Assembly (NCBI RefSeq): GCF_028368995.1
Contig: NZ_JAQNDL010000001.1
Coordinates: 2,496,001 to 2,560,000, forward strand
Reading direction: 5' to 3'
DNA from: Nannocystis bainbridge
GTDB lineage: Bacteria > Myxococcota_A > Polyangia > Nannocystales > Nannocystaceae
DNA: 64,000 bases
The translations under genes were made by a program, and so were the position numbers. Numbering within the stretch: position 1 is the stretch's first letter; every line of letters starts with the position of its first letter. Below, piece after piece: positions 1 to 10,294 of this stretch. The notes below the pieces were generated by a model. The model saw only the letters and a program-made list of their open reading frames with translations. It did no database searches and was not told where the DNA came from.

Positions 1-1476
1 CAGCTGGACGTCGACCTGGGTCAGCAGGTCGACCATGCGCTTGCGGACCGGCACCGCGTCGACCTTGCTGAGCTCGAAGCTGAACGCGTCGACGATGTGC
101 TGCCTCTCGTAGTCGGCCTGGTTGCGCCAGAACAGCTCGGCCTGGCCGAAGTGGTCGCCGAACCGCGGGCTGCGCTCGCGGACCTTCTTGCCCTCCTGCG
201 GCGCGGGGAAGCTGTTGAACCCTTTGCCGCCGGCCTGGAACGGGCAGCCCTTCGCCAGCGAATTCGGCGAGTAGGCGACCGGCCCCTTGTTGACCATGTG
301 GCGCATGTGCCCGTCGCGCTGATTGTTGACGATCGCGTTTTCAGGGCGGTTGATCGGCAGCTCGTGGAAGTTCGGGCTGCCGAGGCGGCTCAGCTGCGTG
401 TCGAGGTACGAGAACAGCCGGCCCTGCAGCAGCGGGTCCTCCGAGAAGTCGATGCCGGGCACCAGGTGCGACGGGCAGAACGCGACCTGCTCGGTCTCGG
501 CGAAGAAGTTGTCGGGGTTGCGGTCGAGCACCAGGCGGCCGACCTTCTGCAGCGGCGCCAGCTGCTCCGGCCACACCTTGGTCGCGTCGAGCACGTCGAA
601 CGGGAACTGGCCCTCCTCGCCCTCGGGGATGGTCTGGATCGCAAACTCCCACTCGGGGTACTGACCGCGCTCGATCGCCTGCCACAGGTCGAGGCGGTGG
701 TAGTCGGAGTTCTTGCCGCTGATCTTCTGCGCCTCGTCCCACACCACCGAGTGGAGGCCGAGCTTCGGCTTCCAGTGGAACTTGACGAAGTGGGCCTTGC
801 CGTCCTCGTCGAGCAGGCGGAACGTGTTGACGCCGAAGCCCTCGATCATGCGCAGGCTGCGGGGGATGGCCCGGTCCGACATCACCCACATCAGCATGTG
901 CGTCGACTCGGGCGTCAAGGACGCGAAGTCCCAGAACGTGTCGTGGGCCGAGGCCGCTTGCGGGATCTCGTTGTCCTGCTCCGGCTTCACCGCGTGGATC
1001 ACGTCGGGGAACTTGATCGCGTCCTGGATGAAGAACACCGGGATGTTGTTGCCCACGAGGTCGAAGATGCCGTCCTCGGTGTAGAACTTGACCGCGAAGC
1101 CGCGCACGTCGCGGGCCAGGTCGGTCGAGCCCCGCGAGCCGGCCACCGTCGAGAAGCGGACGAACACCCGCGTCTTCTGCCCGACCTTGCGCAAGAACTT
1201 GGCGGTCGTCAGCTTCTTCAGCGAGTTCGTGACCTCGAAGTAGCCGTGGGCCCCTTCGCCGCGGGCGTGGACCACCCGTTCGGGGATCCGCTCGTGGTCG
1301 AAGTGGGTGATCTTCTCGCGCAGGATGAAGTCTTCGAGCAGCGTCGGGCCGCGCTGTCCGGCCTTGAGCGAGTTGTTGTCGTCGCCGACTGCGACCCCCT
1401 GATTCGTCGTAAGTTCGGGGCAATTACCGGGCCCGCGGGGAGCCTCGTCCTTCTCGTTGCGATCGTCCGTCGACAT
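1..1476 (-). CDS. katE: Catalase, large-subunit HPII/KatE type (3' end runs off the window)
   Basis: Reverse strand reads AGGAGG then ATG at 1476: MSTDDRNEK...[52 protein letters not shown]. The heme-ligand motif RLFSYLDTQ is near 390-420. Missing from the ORF track because no stop lies in the window. Confidence 0.95.
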   Translation of the reverse strand, partial: MSTDDRNEKDEAPRGPGNCPELTTNQGVAVGDDNNSLKAGQRGPTLLEDFILREKITHFDHERIPERVVHARGEGAHGYFEVTNSLKKLTTAKFLRKVGQKTRVFVRFSTVAGSRGSTDLARDVRGFAVKFYTEDGIFDLVGNNIPVFFIQDAIKFPDVIHAVKPEQDNEIPQAASAHDTFWDFASLTPESTHMLMWVMSDRAIPRSLRMIEGFGVNTFRLLDEDGKAHFVKFHWKPKLGLHSVVWDEAQKISGKNSDYHRLDLWQAIERGQYPEWEFAIQTIPEGEEGQFPFDVLDATKVWPEQLAPLQKVGRLVLDRNPDNFFAETEQVAFCPSHLVPGIDFSEDPLLQGRLFSYLDTQLSRLGSPNFHELPINRPENAIVNNQRDGHMRHMVNKGPVAYSPNSLAKGCPFQAGGKGFNSFPAPQEGKKVRERSPRFGDHFGQAELFWRNQADYERQHIVDAFSFELSKVDAVPVRKRMVDLLTQVDVQL

Positions 1477-1646
1477 CTCGTCCTCCTGATGCGCCGACCA
1501 TCGCGACACGGTGCGGCCGCCCTCCTTAGCACCCTCGACGATCGGTGCAACCGAGCCCGCCGCGAACGACGGCTGACGAGACGTCTGCCGCGCCCCCGCG
1601 GGCTCGCGCGGGCTCGACCCCCCGCCTCGAGCGGCCGGAGGCGATC

Positions 1647-1660
1647 TGTCCTTCAGGACA
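1647..1660. repeat. 14-bp palindrome TGTCC-N4-GGACA (solo copy)
   Basis: TGTCCTTCAGGACA, 3 nt past the stop of the agmatine deiminase gene. Confidence 0.85.
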
Positions 1661-1663
1661 TCA

Positions 1664-2722
1664 TCAGGCTGCGGTGGACGGTCCCACGCTCAGCGGCCGC
1701 GGCAGTTGCATCGTCAGGCAATGCAGGCTGCCGCCCTGTTCGATGAGCGGCAGGCAATCGACGCCCACCACCTCGCGCCCGGGGAACACCCCGGCCAGCC
1801 GCGACAGCGCCTGCGCGTCGGCCGGGTCGTCATAGGTGGGCACCAGCACCGCGCCGTCGAGGATGAGGAAATTGGCGTAGGTCGCGGGCAAGCGGCGCCC
1901 GTCCTCGCCGAAGCGCGGGCGCGGCCACGGCAGCGGCACCAGCTCGTACGGTTCGCCGGCGGCGGTGCGCAGCCCGGCCAGCTCGTCGGCCATGGCCTGC
2001 AGCTCGTCCCAGTGCGAGTCGTCGGCGTCGGTGCAGCTCTGGTAGGCGATCGTGCGCGCGTCGCAGAGCCTGGCCAGCGTGTCGATGTGCCCGTCGGTGT
2101 CGTCGCCCTCGAGCCAGCCGCGGCGCAGCCACAGCACCCGCGTCGCGCCGAGGTGGCGCTGCAGCGCCGACTCGACCTCTGCGAGCCCGAGGCCGCTCCG
2201 GTGATCGGACAGCAAGCAGCGCTCGGTGGTGAGGATCGTGCCCTCGCCGTCGGACTCGACGCTGCCGCCCTCGAGGATAAGCGGCACGACCTCGAGCGGC
2301 GCCGCGCCGAAGGCCCCGAGCGCGTGCAGGCGCTGCGGGACGACGTCGTCCCGGGAAGCCGCGAACTTGCCGCCCCAGCCGTTGAACTCGAAGTCGAGCA
2401 CCCGCGGCGTCCCCGCGATCGTCACCGTCAGCGGCCCGTGATCGCGGGCCCAGGTGTCGTCGCAGGCGACCGCGTGCAGCCGCGCCCGCGCGTCGTCGAC
2501 CCCGGCCCGGCGCAGCAGCGCCCGCACGTGGCCGGCCAGAGCCGCGTCGTGGCACGCGATCACCACGACCTCGCGCAGCGCGATCTGCCGCGCGATCTCG
2601 ACGAACACCGGCTCGACCCGCGCCAGCATCGGGCCCCAGTCGCTGTCCGCGTGCGGCCACGTCAACATCACCCCGGCCTGCGGCGCCCACTCGGCCGGCA
2701 GTACACGTGTCTCTTCAGCCAT
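1664..2722 (-). CDS. Agmatine deiminase / porphyromonas-type peptidyl-arginine deiminase family
   Basis: PAEW...[46 protein letters not shown] and [10 protein letters not shown] (catalytic Cys) motifs. Confidence 0.93.
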   Translation of the reverse strand: MAEETRVLPAEWAPQAGVMLTWPHADSDWGPMLARVEPVFVEIARQIALREVVVIACHDAALAGHVRALLRRAGVDDARARLHAVACDDTWARDHGPLTVTIAGTPRVLDFEFNGWGGKFAASRDDVVPQRLHALGAFGAAPLEVVPLILEGGSVESDGEGTILTTERCLLSDHRSGLGLAEVESALQRHLGATRVLWLRRGWLEGDDTDGHIDTLARLCDARTIAYQSCTDADDSHWDELQAMADELAGLRTAAGEPYELVPLPWPRPRFGEDGRRLPATYANFLILDGAVLVPTYDDPADAQALSRLAGVFPGREVVGVDCLPLIEQGGSLHCLTMQLPRPLSVGPSTAA

Positions 2723-2760
2723 GTCCCTTCGCCCCTGTCCCTTCAAACATGTCTCTTCAC
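2708..2760. repeat. 14-bp-phased array of degenerate TGTCC-N4-GGACA units
   Basis: TGTC at 2708, 2722, 2736 and 2750 (exact 14-bp phase); overlaps the start codon at 2720-2722. Confidence 0.8.
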
Positions 2761-3174
2761 TCAGGGCGCCGCCGCCAGCAGCGCCCGCAGCCCGATCAGC
2801 CCGCGGACCGACAGCCCCGGCGACCCCGGGACCCCCAGCCGCAGCGGCCCCTCGGCGTCCGGCAGCCCGAGCGCCACGATCACGTCGTCGCGTTTGACCG
2901 TGGCCGCGTCGATCGTCTTCGGCTCGCCGTCAGCCCCGGTCGCCTCGACGTCGACCCCCGCCGGGACCCCCGCCGCCAGCAGCGCCTCGCGCAGCCGCGG
3001 CCCGACGTGGCGAATGTCCCCGTCCTTCACCTCGACCTGCGGCAGCGCGGTCAGGCGGGCCGCCAGCAGCGACTCCGAGCGCGACGCCGTGTGCACCGCG
3101 AGCGCACCGGCCGGCGCCGCGGAGCAGGCGGACACGGCGAGCGCGACGGCGAACGCGAGCGACGGGCGGAGCAT
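2761..3174 (-). CDS. Hypothetical lipoprotein
   Basis: Signal peptide with lipobox (LAVSAC); GC3-rich codons. Confidence 0.65.
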   Translation of the reverse strand: MLRPSLAFAVALAVSACSAAPAGALAVHTASRSESLLAARLTALPQVEVKDGDIRHVGPRLREALLAAGVPAGVDVEATGADGEPKTIDAATVKRDDVIVALGLPDAEGPLRLGVPGSPGLSVRGLIGLRALLAAAP

Positions 3175-3220
3175 GCGTCGGCGAGCATATCCGCGCCGCC
3201 TGCGGCCGACAAGCCGCGGC

Positions 3221-3553
3221 TCACTCGAGGCGCTCGATCGCCGTGCAGTCGCTCGTCACCTGCGCCTTCTGCTTGCCCTGGATCGGCGCGTACGTGGCCA
3301 GCACCTCGCCGTCCTTGCCGATCAAGAACATCTTCTCGGTCCCGCCGGTGATCGTCTCGCGGGCCTCGTTGAGCAGCAGCACCTTGCGCCCGCTGCCCGC
3401 CGCGGCGCCGACCTCGACCGTGACGTCGGTGGCGCAGGCGTTGAAGATCGAGACGTGGAACTCGGTGACCGCGGTCGTCGGCGGCTCGGTCGTGGGACTG
3501 GGTTTGTCACAACCGACGAAGCACAGGAGCAGGGGGATGATGGCCAGTCGCAT
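3221..3553 (-). CDS. Small hypothetical lipoprotein
   Basis: AGGAGG upstream; MRLAIIPLLLCFVGC lipobox-like N-terminus. Confidence 0.75.
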   Translation of the reverse strand: MRLAIIPLLLCFVGCDKPSPTTEPPTTAVTEFHVSIFNACATDVTVEVGAAAGSGRKVLLLNEARETITGGTEKMFLIGKDGEVLATYAPIQGKQKAQVTSDCTAIERLE

Positions 3554-3639
3554 GGGTGGATCCTCTTGCTGCACACTCTATCAACTCGGGCCGTCGCGCG
3601 CGCCTCGGCCCGCTCCCTCGCCGGTCAGCCGCATGCCCC

Positions 3640-3668
3640 TTGACGGCCGGCGCGCCCGCGCGTCTCTT
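3640..3668 (+). promoter_or_regulatory. Putative sigma70-type promoter (leaderless-type)
   Basis: TTGACG-N17-TCTCTT-N7-ATG. The same geometry is kept upstream of the duplicate (6064-6092) although the spacer has diverged. Confidence 0.5.
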
Positions 3669-3675
3669 GGGCCTC

Positions 3676-5817
3676 ATGCATTCGTTACGGACCGTCGTAC
3701 CTCGTCTGTCGCTGCTCCTGTGTCTCCCTCTGACCGCCTGCGGCGACTCGAGCGGCAACGTCACCGACTCGGGCCCCGGCACCACCGCCGGCCCGGCCAC
3801 CGCCACCGATCCCACCGCCACCGGACCGACCACCGCGGGCCCGACCACGGACACGCCCACGACCTCGGCCAGCACCCTCGGCACCGACACCGCCTCGGGC
3901 ACCGAGACCTCGCCCGCCACCGACGGCACCGACACGTCCCCGGGCACCGACAGCACCGACGGCACCGTCACCGACACCACCGGCACCTCGCAGACCAACA
4001 CCGGCACCGACACCGGCAACGGCGTCCTCGACATCAACCCCAAGGACGTCACCCTCGAGATCATCGACGGCGTCATCGTCACCCAGGCTTACACCGCCAC
4101 CTACAACGGCGTCGACGTCACCGGCGACGTCGGCTGGTCGTACAACAAGCCCGAGATCGGCGAAATTCAGCTCAACGCCGAGTTCTTGCCCACCGGCAAC
4201 CTCGGCGGCACCGGCACCCTCAAGGCCACCTATCAGGCCGCGCAGGCCGAGACCTCCGTCTCCGTCAAGATCATCAAGAAGCTCGACCCCGGCGGCATCG
4301 AGCCCGGATGGGGCGACCCCGTCGGCCCCGACCCGTCGATGACGATCGTCTACCCGTACAACGAGACGGTCTTCCCGCTCAAGGTCGCCGCGCCCATCGT
4401 CCAGTGGAACAACGTGCAGAACGGCGACCAGTACAAGCTGCACATCAGCGAGCAGTTCTACGACTACACCCTCTACTTCTCGACCAACGTCCCCGCGCGT
4501 CACCTCATCGACGCCGCCGAGTGGATCGCCATCAGCGAGTCCGGCCAGGGCGCCCAGAGCGACCCGATCTCCTTCACGCTCCAGCGCAAGAGCGGCAACA
4601 ACGTCTACGAGTCGGTCAACCAGACCTGGCGCATGGCCCAGGCGCGCCTGCCCGGCCGCGTCTACTACTGGGAGCTGCCCGGCAACTGCGGCGGCGACGC
4701 CAACGGCCGCGTCCTCAGCATCAAGCCGCAGGAGGCCCAGGCCAACGAGTTCTTCCAGCCCGGCTTCTGCTGGGGCTGTCACACCGTCAGCCGCGACGGC
4801 CGCACCGTCGCCGTCGTCGCCGACAACGGCAACATCCCGTTCCCGACCTTCACCATCGACGTGTCGCAGGAGCCCGCCGTCTACGGCAACATCCAGCCCA
4901 ACCCGGGCCTCGGCGGCACCTTCAGCGCCTTCAACCACGACGGCACCAAGCTGCTCCAGTCCAACGACCCGATCAACGCCGTCGCGTCGGTGCTGCGCGT
5001 CATCGACGCCATGAACGGCCAGATCTTGAACCCCAACGTGCTGCAGCCCGGCTGCGGCGAGCCGGCCTGGTCGCCCGACGGCAAGAAGATCGCCGCCACC
5101 TGCGGCTACCCGAACGGCGGCTGGACCTTCGACGCCAACAACGCCGACCTCGTGGTCGCCGACGTCAACCCCGACGGCATCACCGTCAGCAACCAGAAGG
5201 TCATCGTCCCCAAGGGCGCCGACGTCGGCCGCCCCGCCTACCCCAACTTCTCGCCCGGCAACGAGTGGCTCGTGTTCGGCCGCCCGACCCAGGGTTCGCG
5301 CTCGACCGGCAACGGCAAGCTGTTCCTCGTCGGCGTCGAAGGCAACGACCCGGTCATGCTCGAGAAGGCCAGCTCCGACAACAAGAGCTTCAACCCCACC
5401 TTCGCTCCGCTGCGCGCCGGCGGCTACTTCTGGGTCGTCTTCATGTCCCGCCGCGACTACGGCAACACCCTGGTCGGCGCCAACCGCCAGCAGCTGTGGA
5501 TCACCGCCATCAGCGATCCGCCGAACGCCGGCGGCGACCCCTCCAACCCGCCCTTTTACGTCCGCGGCCAGGAGGACTGCGCCCTGTCCGAGAACGCCTA
5601 CTTCGCTCCGGACCCCTGCATCGAGGAGCCCAACAAGCCCTGCGAAGCGGGCATCGACTGCTGCTCCGGCCACTGCATCCAGATGGGCGAGATCAAGGTC
5701 TGCGGCGAGAAGGGCGCCTGCTCCGAGGCCGGCAACGCCTGCGAGTCCGACGCCGACTGCTGCGAGCCCGACAGCCCCTGCGTCGACGGCTACTGCCAGC
5801 AGATCTTCCCCCAGTGA
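3676..5817 (+). CDS. Surface lipoprotein: Thr-rich stalk, TolB/PD40-like beta-propeller with CxxCH motif, Cys-rich C-terminus (copy 1)
   Basis: Lipobox LTAC; T/S/G-rich linker; PAWSPDGKKI, YPNFSPGNEWLVF and FNPTFAP repeats; CWGCH; C-terminal CC-rich repeats. Confidence 0.88.
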   Translation: MHSLRTVVPRLSLLLCLPLTACGDSSGNVTDSGPGTTAGPATATDPTATGPTTAGPTTDTPTTSASTLGTDTASGTETSPATDGTDTSPGTDSTDGTVTDTTGTSQTNTGTDTGNGVLDINPKDVTLEIIDGVIVTQAYTATYNGVDVTGDVGWSYNKPEIGEIQLNAEFLPTGNLGGTGTLKATYQAAQAETSVSVKIIKKLDPGGIEPGWGDPVGPDPSMTIVYPYNETVFPLKVAAPIVQWNNVQNGDQYKLHISEQFYDYTLYFSTNVPARHLIDAAEWIAISESGQGAQSDPISFTLQRKSGNNVYESVNQTWRMAQARLPGRVYYWELPGNCGGDANGRVLSIKPQEAQANEFFQPGFCWGCHTVSRDGRTVAVVADNGNIPFPTFTIDVSQEPAVYGNIQPNPGLGGTFSAFNHDGTKLLQSNDPINAVASVLRVIDAMNGQILNPNVLQPGCGEPAWSPDGKKIAATCGYPNGGWTFDANNADLVVADVNPDGITVSNQKVIVPKGADVGRPAYPNFSPGNEWLVFGRPTQGSRSTGNGKLFLVGVEGNDPVMLEKASSDNKSFNPTFAPLRAGGYFWVVFMSRRDYGNTLVGANRQQLWITAISDPPNAGGDPSNPPFYVRGQEDCALSENAYFAPDPCIEEPNKPCEAGIDCCSGHCIQMGEIKVCGEKGACSEAGNACESDADCCEPDSPCVDGYCQQIFPQ

Positions 5818-5824
5818 CATGAGA

Positions 5825-5838
5825 TGTCCTTCGGGACA
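5825..5838. repeat. 14-bp palindrome TGTCC-N4-GGACA
   Basis: TGTCCTTCGGGACA, 7 nt after the stop. Confidence 0.9.
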
Positions 5839-6099
5839 TATCGCATGACCCGCGGCCGCCGGCGCGCCATCGCGCCGGCGGCTCTATTGATACGTATTTT
5901 CAATGCTATGATGATTTCGCGCCGCGGCCCGATCGAGGGTCTGCACCGCCGGCCTCAGGGGGATCCGCCCGTCCGCATCGGCTCCGTCGTGCTGTCTCGC
6001 GCCTGCTCCGGGCGGTTTCAAACCTGGCCTTGACGCCCTGTCCCGACTACCCATCGCTGTCGCTTGACGGCCGGCCGTCCTCCGCGTCTCTTGAGCGAC

Positions 6100-8238
6100 A
6101 TGCATTCGTTACGGACCGTCGTCCCGCACCTGTCGCTTGCCCTGTGTCTGCCTCTGATCGGGTGCGGCGACTCGAGCGGCAACGTCACCGACTCGGGCCC
6201 CGGCACCACCGCCGGCCCAGCCACCGCCACCGATCCCACCGCCACCGGCCCGACCACCGCGGGCCCGACCACGGACACGCCCACGACCTCGGCCAGCACG
6301 CTCGGCACCGACACCGCCTCGGGCACCGAGACTTCGCCCGGCACCGACGGCACCGACACGTCCCCGGGCACCGACAGCACCGACGGCACCGTCACCGACA
6401 CCTCCGGCACCTCGCAGACCAACACCGGCACCGACACCGGCAACGGCGTCCTCGACATCAACCCCAAGGACGTCACCCTCGAGATCATCGACGGCGTCAT
6501 CGTCACCCAGGCTTACACCGCCACCTACAACGGCGTCGACGTCACCGGCGACGTCGGCTGGTCGTACAACAAGCCCGAGATCGGCGAAATTCAGCTCAAC
6601 GCCGAGTTCTTGCCCACCGGCAACCTCGGCGGCACTGGCACCCTCAAGGCCACCTATCAGGCTGCGCAGGCCGAGACCTCCGTCTCCGTCAAGATCATCA
6701 AGAAGCTCGACCCTGGCGGCCTCGAGCCCGGCTGGGGCAACCCCGTCGGCCCCGACCCGTCGATGACGATCGTCTACCCGTACAACGAGACGGTCTTCCC
6801 GCTCAAGGTCGCCGCGCCCATCGTCCAGTGGAACAACGTGCAGAACGGCGACCAGTACAAGCTGCACATCAGCGAGCAGTTCTACGACTACACCCTCTAC
6901 TTCTCCACCAACGTCCCGGCCCGTCACCTCATCGACGCCGCCGAGTGGATCGCCATCAGCGAGTCCGGCCAGGGCGCCCAGAGCGACCCGATCTCCTTCT
7001 CGCTCCAGCGCAAGAGCGGCGGTAACCTCTACGAGTCGGTCAACCAGACCTGGCGCATGGCCCAGGCGCGCCTGCCCGGCCGCGTCTACTACTGGGAGCT
7101 GCCCGGCAACTGCGGCGGCAACGCCAACGGCCGCGTCCTCAGCATCAAGCCCCAGGAGGCCCAGGCCAACGAGTTCTTCCAGCCCGGCGGCTGTTGGGGC
7201 TGTCACACCGTCAGCCGCGACGGTCGCACCGTCGCCGCCGTGCGTGACAACGGCTCGCCGTTCCCGACCTTCACCATCGACGTGTCGCAGGAGCCCGCCG
7301 TCTACGGCAACATCCAGCCCAACCCCGGCCTCGGCGGCACCTTCAGCGCCTTCAACCACGACGGCACCAAGCTGCTCCAGTCCAACGACCCGGCCAACGC
7401 GGTCGCCTCGCTGCTGCGGGTGATCGACACCATGAACGGGGCGATCCTCAACCCCAACGTGCTGCAGACCGGCTGTGGTGAGCCGGCCTGGTCGCCCGAC
7501 GGCAAGAAGATCGCCGCCACCTGCGGCTATCCCCAGGGCGGCTGGACCTTCGACCAGAACAACGCCGACCTCGTGGTCGCCGACGTCAACCCCGACGGCA
7601 TCACCGTCAGCAACCAGAAGATCATCGTCCCCAAGGGCGCCGACGTCGGCCGCCCGGCCTACCCCAACTTCTCCCCCGGCAACGAGTGGCTCGTGTTCGG
7701 TCGCCCGACCCAGGGTTCGCGCTCGACCGGCAACGGCAAGCTGTTCCTGGTCGGCGTCGACGGCAACGACCAGGTCATGCTCGAGAAGGCCAGCTCCGAC
7801 AACAAGAGCTTCAACCCCACCTTCGCTCCGCTGCGCGCCGGCGGCTACTTCTGGGTCGTCTTCATGTCCCGCCGCGACTACGGCAACACCCTCGTCGGCG
7901 CCAACCGCCAGCAGCTGTGGATCACCGCCATCAACGATCCGCCGAACGCCGGCGGCGACCCCTCCAACCCGCCCTTCTACGTCCGCGGCCAGGAGGACTG
8001 CGCCCTGTCCGAGAACGCCTACTTCGCTCCGGACCCCTGCATCGAGGAGCCCAACAAGCCCTGCGAAGCGGGCATCGACTGCTGCTCCGGCCACTGCATC
8101 CAGATGGGCGAGATCAAGGTCTGCGGCGAGAAGGGCGCCTGCTCCGAGGCCGGCAACGCCTGCGAGTCCGACGCCGACTGCTGCGAGCCCGACAGCCCCT
8201 GCGTCGACGGCTACTGCCAGCAGATCTTCCCCCAGTGA
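6100..8238 (+). CDS. Near-identical tandem paralog of 3676-5817 (copy 2)
   Basis: Long identical nucleotide tracts shared with copy 1; lipobox LIGC; same domain order. Confidence 0.88.
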   Translation: MHSLRTVVPHLSLALCLPLIGCGDSSGNVTDSGPGTTAGPATATDPTATGPTTAGPTTDTPTTSASTLGTDTASGTETSPGTDGTDTSPGTDSTDGTVTDTSGTSQTNTGTDTGNGVLDINPKDVTLEIIDGVIVTQAYTATYNGVDVTGDVGWSYNKPEIGEIQLNAEFLPTGNLGGTGTLKATYQAAQAETSVSVKIIKKLDPGGLEPGWGNPVGPDPSMTIVYPYNETVFPLKVAAPIVQWNNVQNGDQYKLHISEQFYDYTLYFSTNVPARHLIDAAEWIAISESGQGAQSDPISFSLQRKSGGNLYESVNQTWRMAQARLPGRVYYWELPGNCGGNANGRVLSIKPQEAQANEFFQPGGCWGCHTVSRDGRTVAAVRDNGSPFPTFTIDVSQEPAVYGNIQPNPGLGGTFSAFNHDGTKLLQSNDPANAVASLLRVIDTMNGAILNPNVLQTGCGEPAWSPDGKKIAATCGYPQGGWTFDQNNADLVVADVNPDGITVSNQKIIVPKGADVGRPAYPNFSPGNEWLVFGRPTQGSRSTGNGKLFLVGVDGNDQVMLEKASSDNKSFNPTFAPLRAGGYFWVVFMSRRDYGNTLVGANRQQLWITAINDPPNAGGDPSNPPFYVRGQEDCALSENAYFAPDPCIEEPNKPCEAGIDCCSGHCIQMGEIKVCGEKGACSEAGNACESDADCCEPDSPCVDGYCQQIFPQ

Positions 8239-8245
8239 TTTCGCT

Positions 8246-8265
8246 ACATGTCCTCCGGGACATGT
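8246..8265. repeat. Extended palindrome ACATGTCC-TCCG-GGACATGT
   Basis: Read directly; lies between the stop codon and the terminator. Confidence 0.9.
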
Positions 8266-8284
8266 GCCGTGATCGGTGAGACAG

Positions 8285-8325
8285 CGACGACCCGCCGGCC
8301 CCCCGCCGGCGGGTCGTCGTTTTTT
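8285..8325 (+). terminator. Rho-independent terminator
   Basis: Perfect 15-bp stem CGACGACCCGCCGGC / GCCGGCGGGTCGTCG, 5-nt loop, then TTTTTT. Confidence 0.92.
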
Positions 8326-8347
8326 ATGGTCCCGGTCTGCGCCGCTC

Positions 8348-8527
8348 GGCGAGCGGCGCGTCCTTGGCGACGGTGCCCGCGCGTTCGGCACCACCCGGCT
8401 CACCACCCATCACGAGTTCTACAGCGAGATCCTCGCCTATGATGCGTTCGGCGCCGAAGAGTACGCGATCGCCGAGGGCACCCTGTTCGTCCGACCCGGC
8501 CCGCAGAACTGCTTCGGCCCTATTTGA
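8348..8527 (+). pseudogene. 3' remnant of a YCF48/BNR-like lipoprotein paralog
   Basis: RVLGDG...HEF...I..Y...EGTLF...C..* parallels the C-terminus of the 8575-9600 product (RILGDG...HDF...IDWY...EGRLF...C..*); no credible start. Confidence 0.5.
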
Positions 8528-8574
8528 GCGCAGGCCGGACCGCAGCGTGAACGACAAGTCGCCTCCTACGAGCG

Positions 8575-9600
8575 ATGGAGCCTGCGCGGCACGCTGGCTC
8601 GAGCCATACTTCGACCGTGCAGGTTCGCCGGCTCCTCCCTCTCCTGGCCCTCCACTTGGCCGCTGGTGGCTGCGCCGAGGACTGTCCGCGGTGGGAGCAA
8701 GAGCCGCTCGATCCGCGGATCTCTCGCGTCGAGAGCCGCCTCGGGATCTCCAAGACCGGTGAGATCTTCTACCCCGCCCCGGATGACGGCGAATCGTACT
8801 CGTTTGAGGTCGTCGCCGAGCTGAAGACACCGCTGTACGGCCTCGCGGGCCTTTACGAGGACGGTCTGGTCGTCGGCGCGAAGGGGGCCGTGTTCGTGTC
8901 GCCGTGGCCGAACACCACCTGGGAGCGAGCGACCACGCCGCCTATCGACGAGTCGCTGCTCGCGGTACGCTTCGCATGTCGGCGGACGAACCCGTTCGTA
9001 CAGCCCGAGATCGCGATCGCCGTCGGCGAGCGCGGGCGGATCCTTCGCAGCACCACGACCGGCCGCAGCTGGGAGCTCACGGACTCGACGACCGCCAGGA
9101 CCCTTCGCAGCGTCGAAGCCAGCATCGGCGCGAGCGAGAGGGTCGCCGTCGCCGTCGGCGACGCAGGCGCCATCGTGCGCTCGGAGGACGACGGTGCGAC
9201 CTGGAGCGTCATCGCCTCCGGCACCGACGTCGACCTCGCATGGATCGATTTCGTCAGCGCCTGCGACGCAGAGTCGGTCGACCCCGACGACCCGTGGCCG
9301 GGCTATGCGGTCGGCACCGGCGGCACCGTGTTGAAGTCGCTCGACGAAGGCCTCACATGGCAGCCGATCGACCTCGGGATCCCCGACGACATGCGCCAGA
9401 TCCACGTCCACAGCGACACCCGCATCCTCGGTGACGGCCGACTGTGGGTCCTGGTCGAGGGCAGCGACAGGGCCTCGGTCCTGCACGACTTCGGCCAGAC
9501 GATCGACTGGTACTCCGATCGCACCGCGCCGGAAAAGGCGGGCGGCGAGGGGCGCCTGTTCTGGTACCGGAGCCCCGGCTACTGCTCGGGCCTCAACTGA
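8575..9600 (+). CDS. YCF48/BNR (Asp-box) repeat lipoprotein (true start possibly GTG 8617)
   Basis: Repeated AVGxxGxIxRSxDxGxTW motifs; signal peptide ending AAGGC. Confidence 0.82.
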   Translation: MEPARHAGSSHTSTVQVRRLLPLLALHLAAGGCAEDCPRWEQEPLDPRISRVESRLGISKTGEIFYPAPDDGESYSFEVVAELKTPLYGLAGLYEDGLVVGAKGAVFVSPWPNTTWERATTPPIDESLLAVRFACRRTNPFVQPEIAIAVGERGRILRSTTTGRSWELTDSTTARTLRSVEASIGASERVAVAVGDAGAIVRSEDDGATWSVIASGTDVDLAWIDFVSACDAESVDPDDPWPGYAVGTGGTVLKSLDEGLTWQPIDLGIPDDMRQIHVHSDTRILGDGRLWVLVEGSDRASVLHDFGQTIDWYSDRTAPEKAGGEGRLFWYRSPGYCSGLN

Positions 9601-10171
9601 CGGGTCGCCCCGCGATCGGTGCCCGGCGCCTCCTCGCCAGGAGCAGCGAAATTCCCAGCCAGACCAGCCCGCCTGACGGAGCGCCGGTCATGCCGCATGC
9701 GCATCCGTCGTCGTCGCCGGGCGTCCCGCTCGAGCCCGAACCGTCTCCGGTGCCCGAGCTCGTACCGGGGTCCATGCCGTCGCTCGCATCGGTGGGTGCG
9801 GCCTCCTCCACGCTGACCTTGATCGGGTCGGAATACGAGAACACGGTGCCCACCGCGGCGGATGCCTCGAGCGTGTGCTCGCCCGGTCCGAGCATGATGT
9901 CGAACTCGACCCCGCCGGCGGGACAGGACAGGCATTGCTCCACCGTGCTGCTGTCCGCCGAGAGAGCCACCGTCTCGGCGGGGATGTCGAAGCAGCCGTC
10001 GGTGTCGCAGTACTGGATGTCACCATAGGTGACCTTGACCGTGAACTGGGCCGGTACGACAGCGCCGTCCTGCGGCGCGACGATGACGACAGGATCCTCG
10101 GCGCGCGCCTCCTGGCTGACAAACAGGCCGACGAGGCCGAAGAGCAGGGCGGATTTTTGGAGCACGAACAT
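9593..10171 (-). CDS. Secreted Ig-like protein with MYXO-CTERM-type sorting tail
   Basis: Signal peptide; IVAPQDGAVV...LGPGEHTLEA Ig-like pattern; tail DDDGCACG...LVWLGISLLLARRRR. Confidence 0.8.
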   Translation of the reverse strand: MFVLQKSALLFGLVGLFVSQEARAEDPVVIVAPQDGAVVPAQFTVKVTYGDIQYCDTDGCFDIPAETVALSADSSTVEQCLSCPAGGVEFDIMLGPGEHTLEASAAVGTVFSYSDPIKVSVEEAAPTDASDGMDPGTSSGTGDGSGSSGTPGDDDGCACGMTGAPSGGLVWLGISLLLARRRRAPIAGRPVS

Positions 10172-10294
10172 CAGATCATCTCTCCTTGGGCGGTGCGGAT
10201 CCCGTCGCCATGGTAGCAGCGCTCGTCATCTCTCGAGGTCTGGACACAGCGGTCTGCATGGCGCTAGGCTGAGCCGTCGTCTCGGAGCGAGCAC

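Noticed and set aside
97-1746. Long ORFs antisense to real genes (e.g. 97-1746+, 3685-5820-, 35759-39745-, 49672-53025-)
   Set aside because: These are shadow ORFs expected in GC3-biased DNA; the opposite strand carries the recognisable protein motifs.
3676-8238. Diversity-generating retroelement (template/variable repeat pair)
   Set aside because: Both copies are full genes, the differences are not adenine-specific (e.g. TTC versus GGC, plus an indel), and there is no reverse transcriptase nearby.
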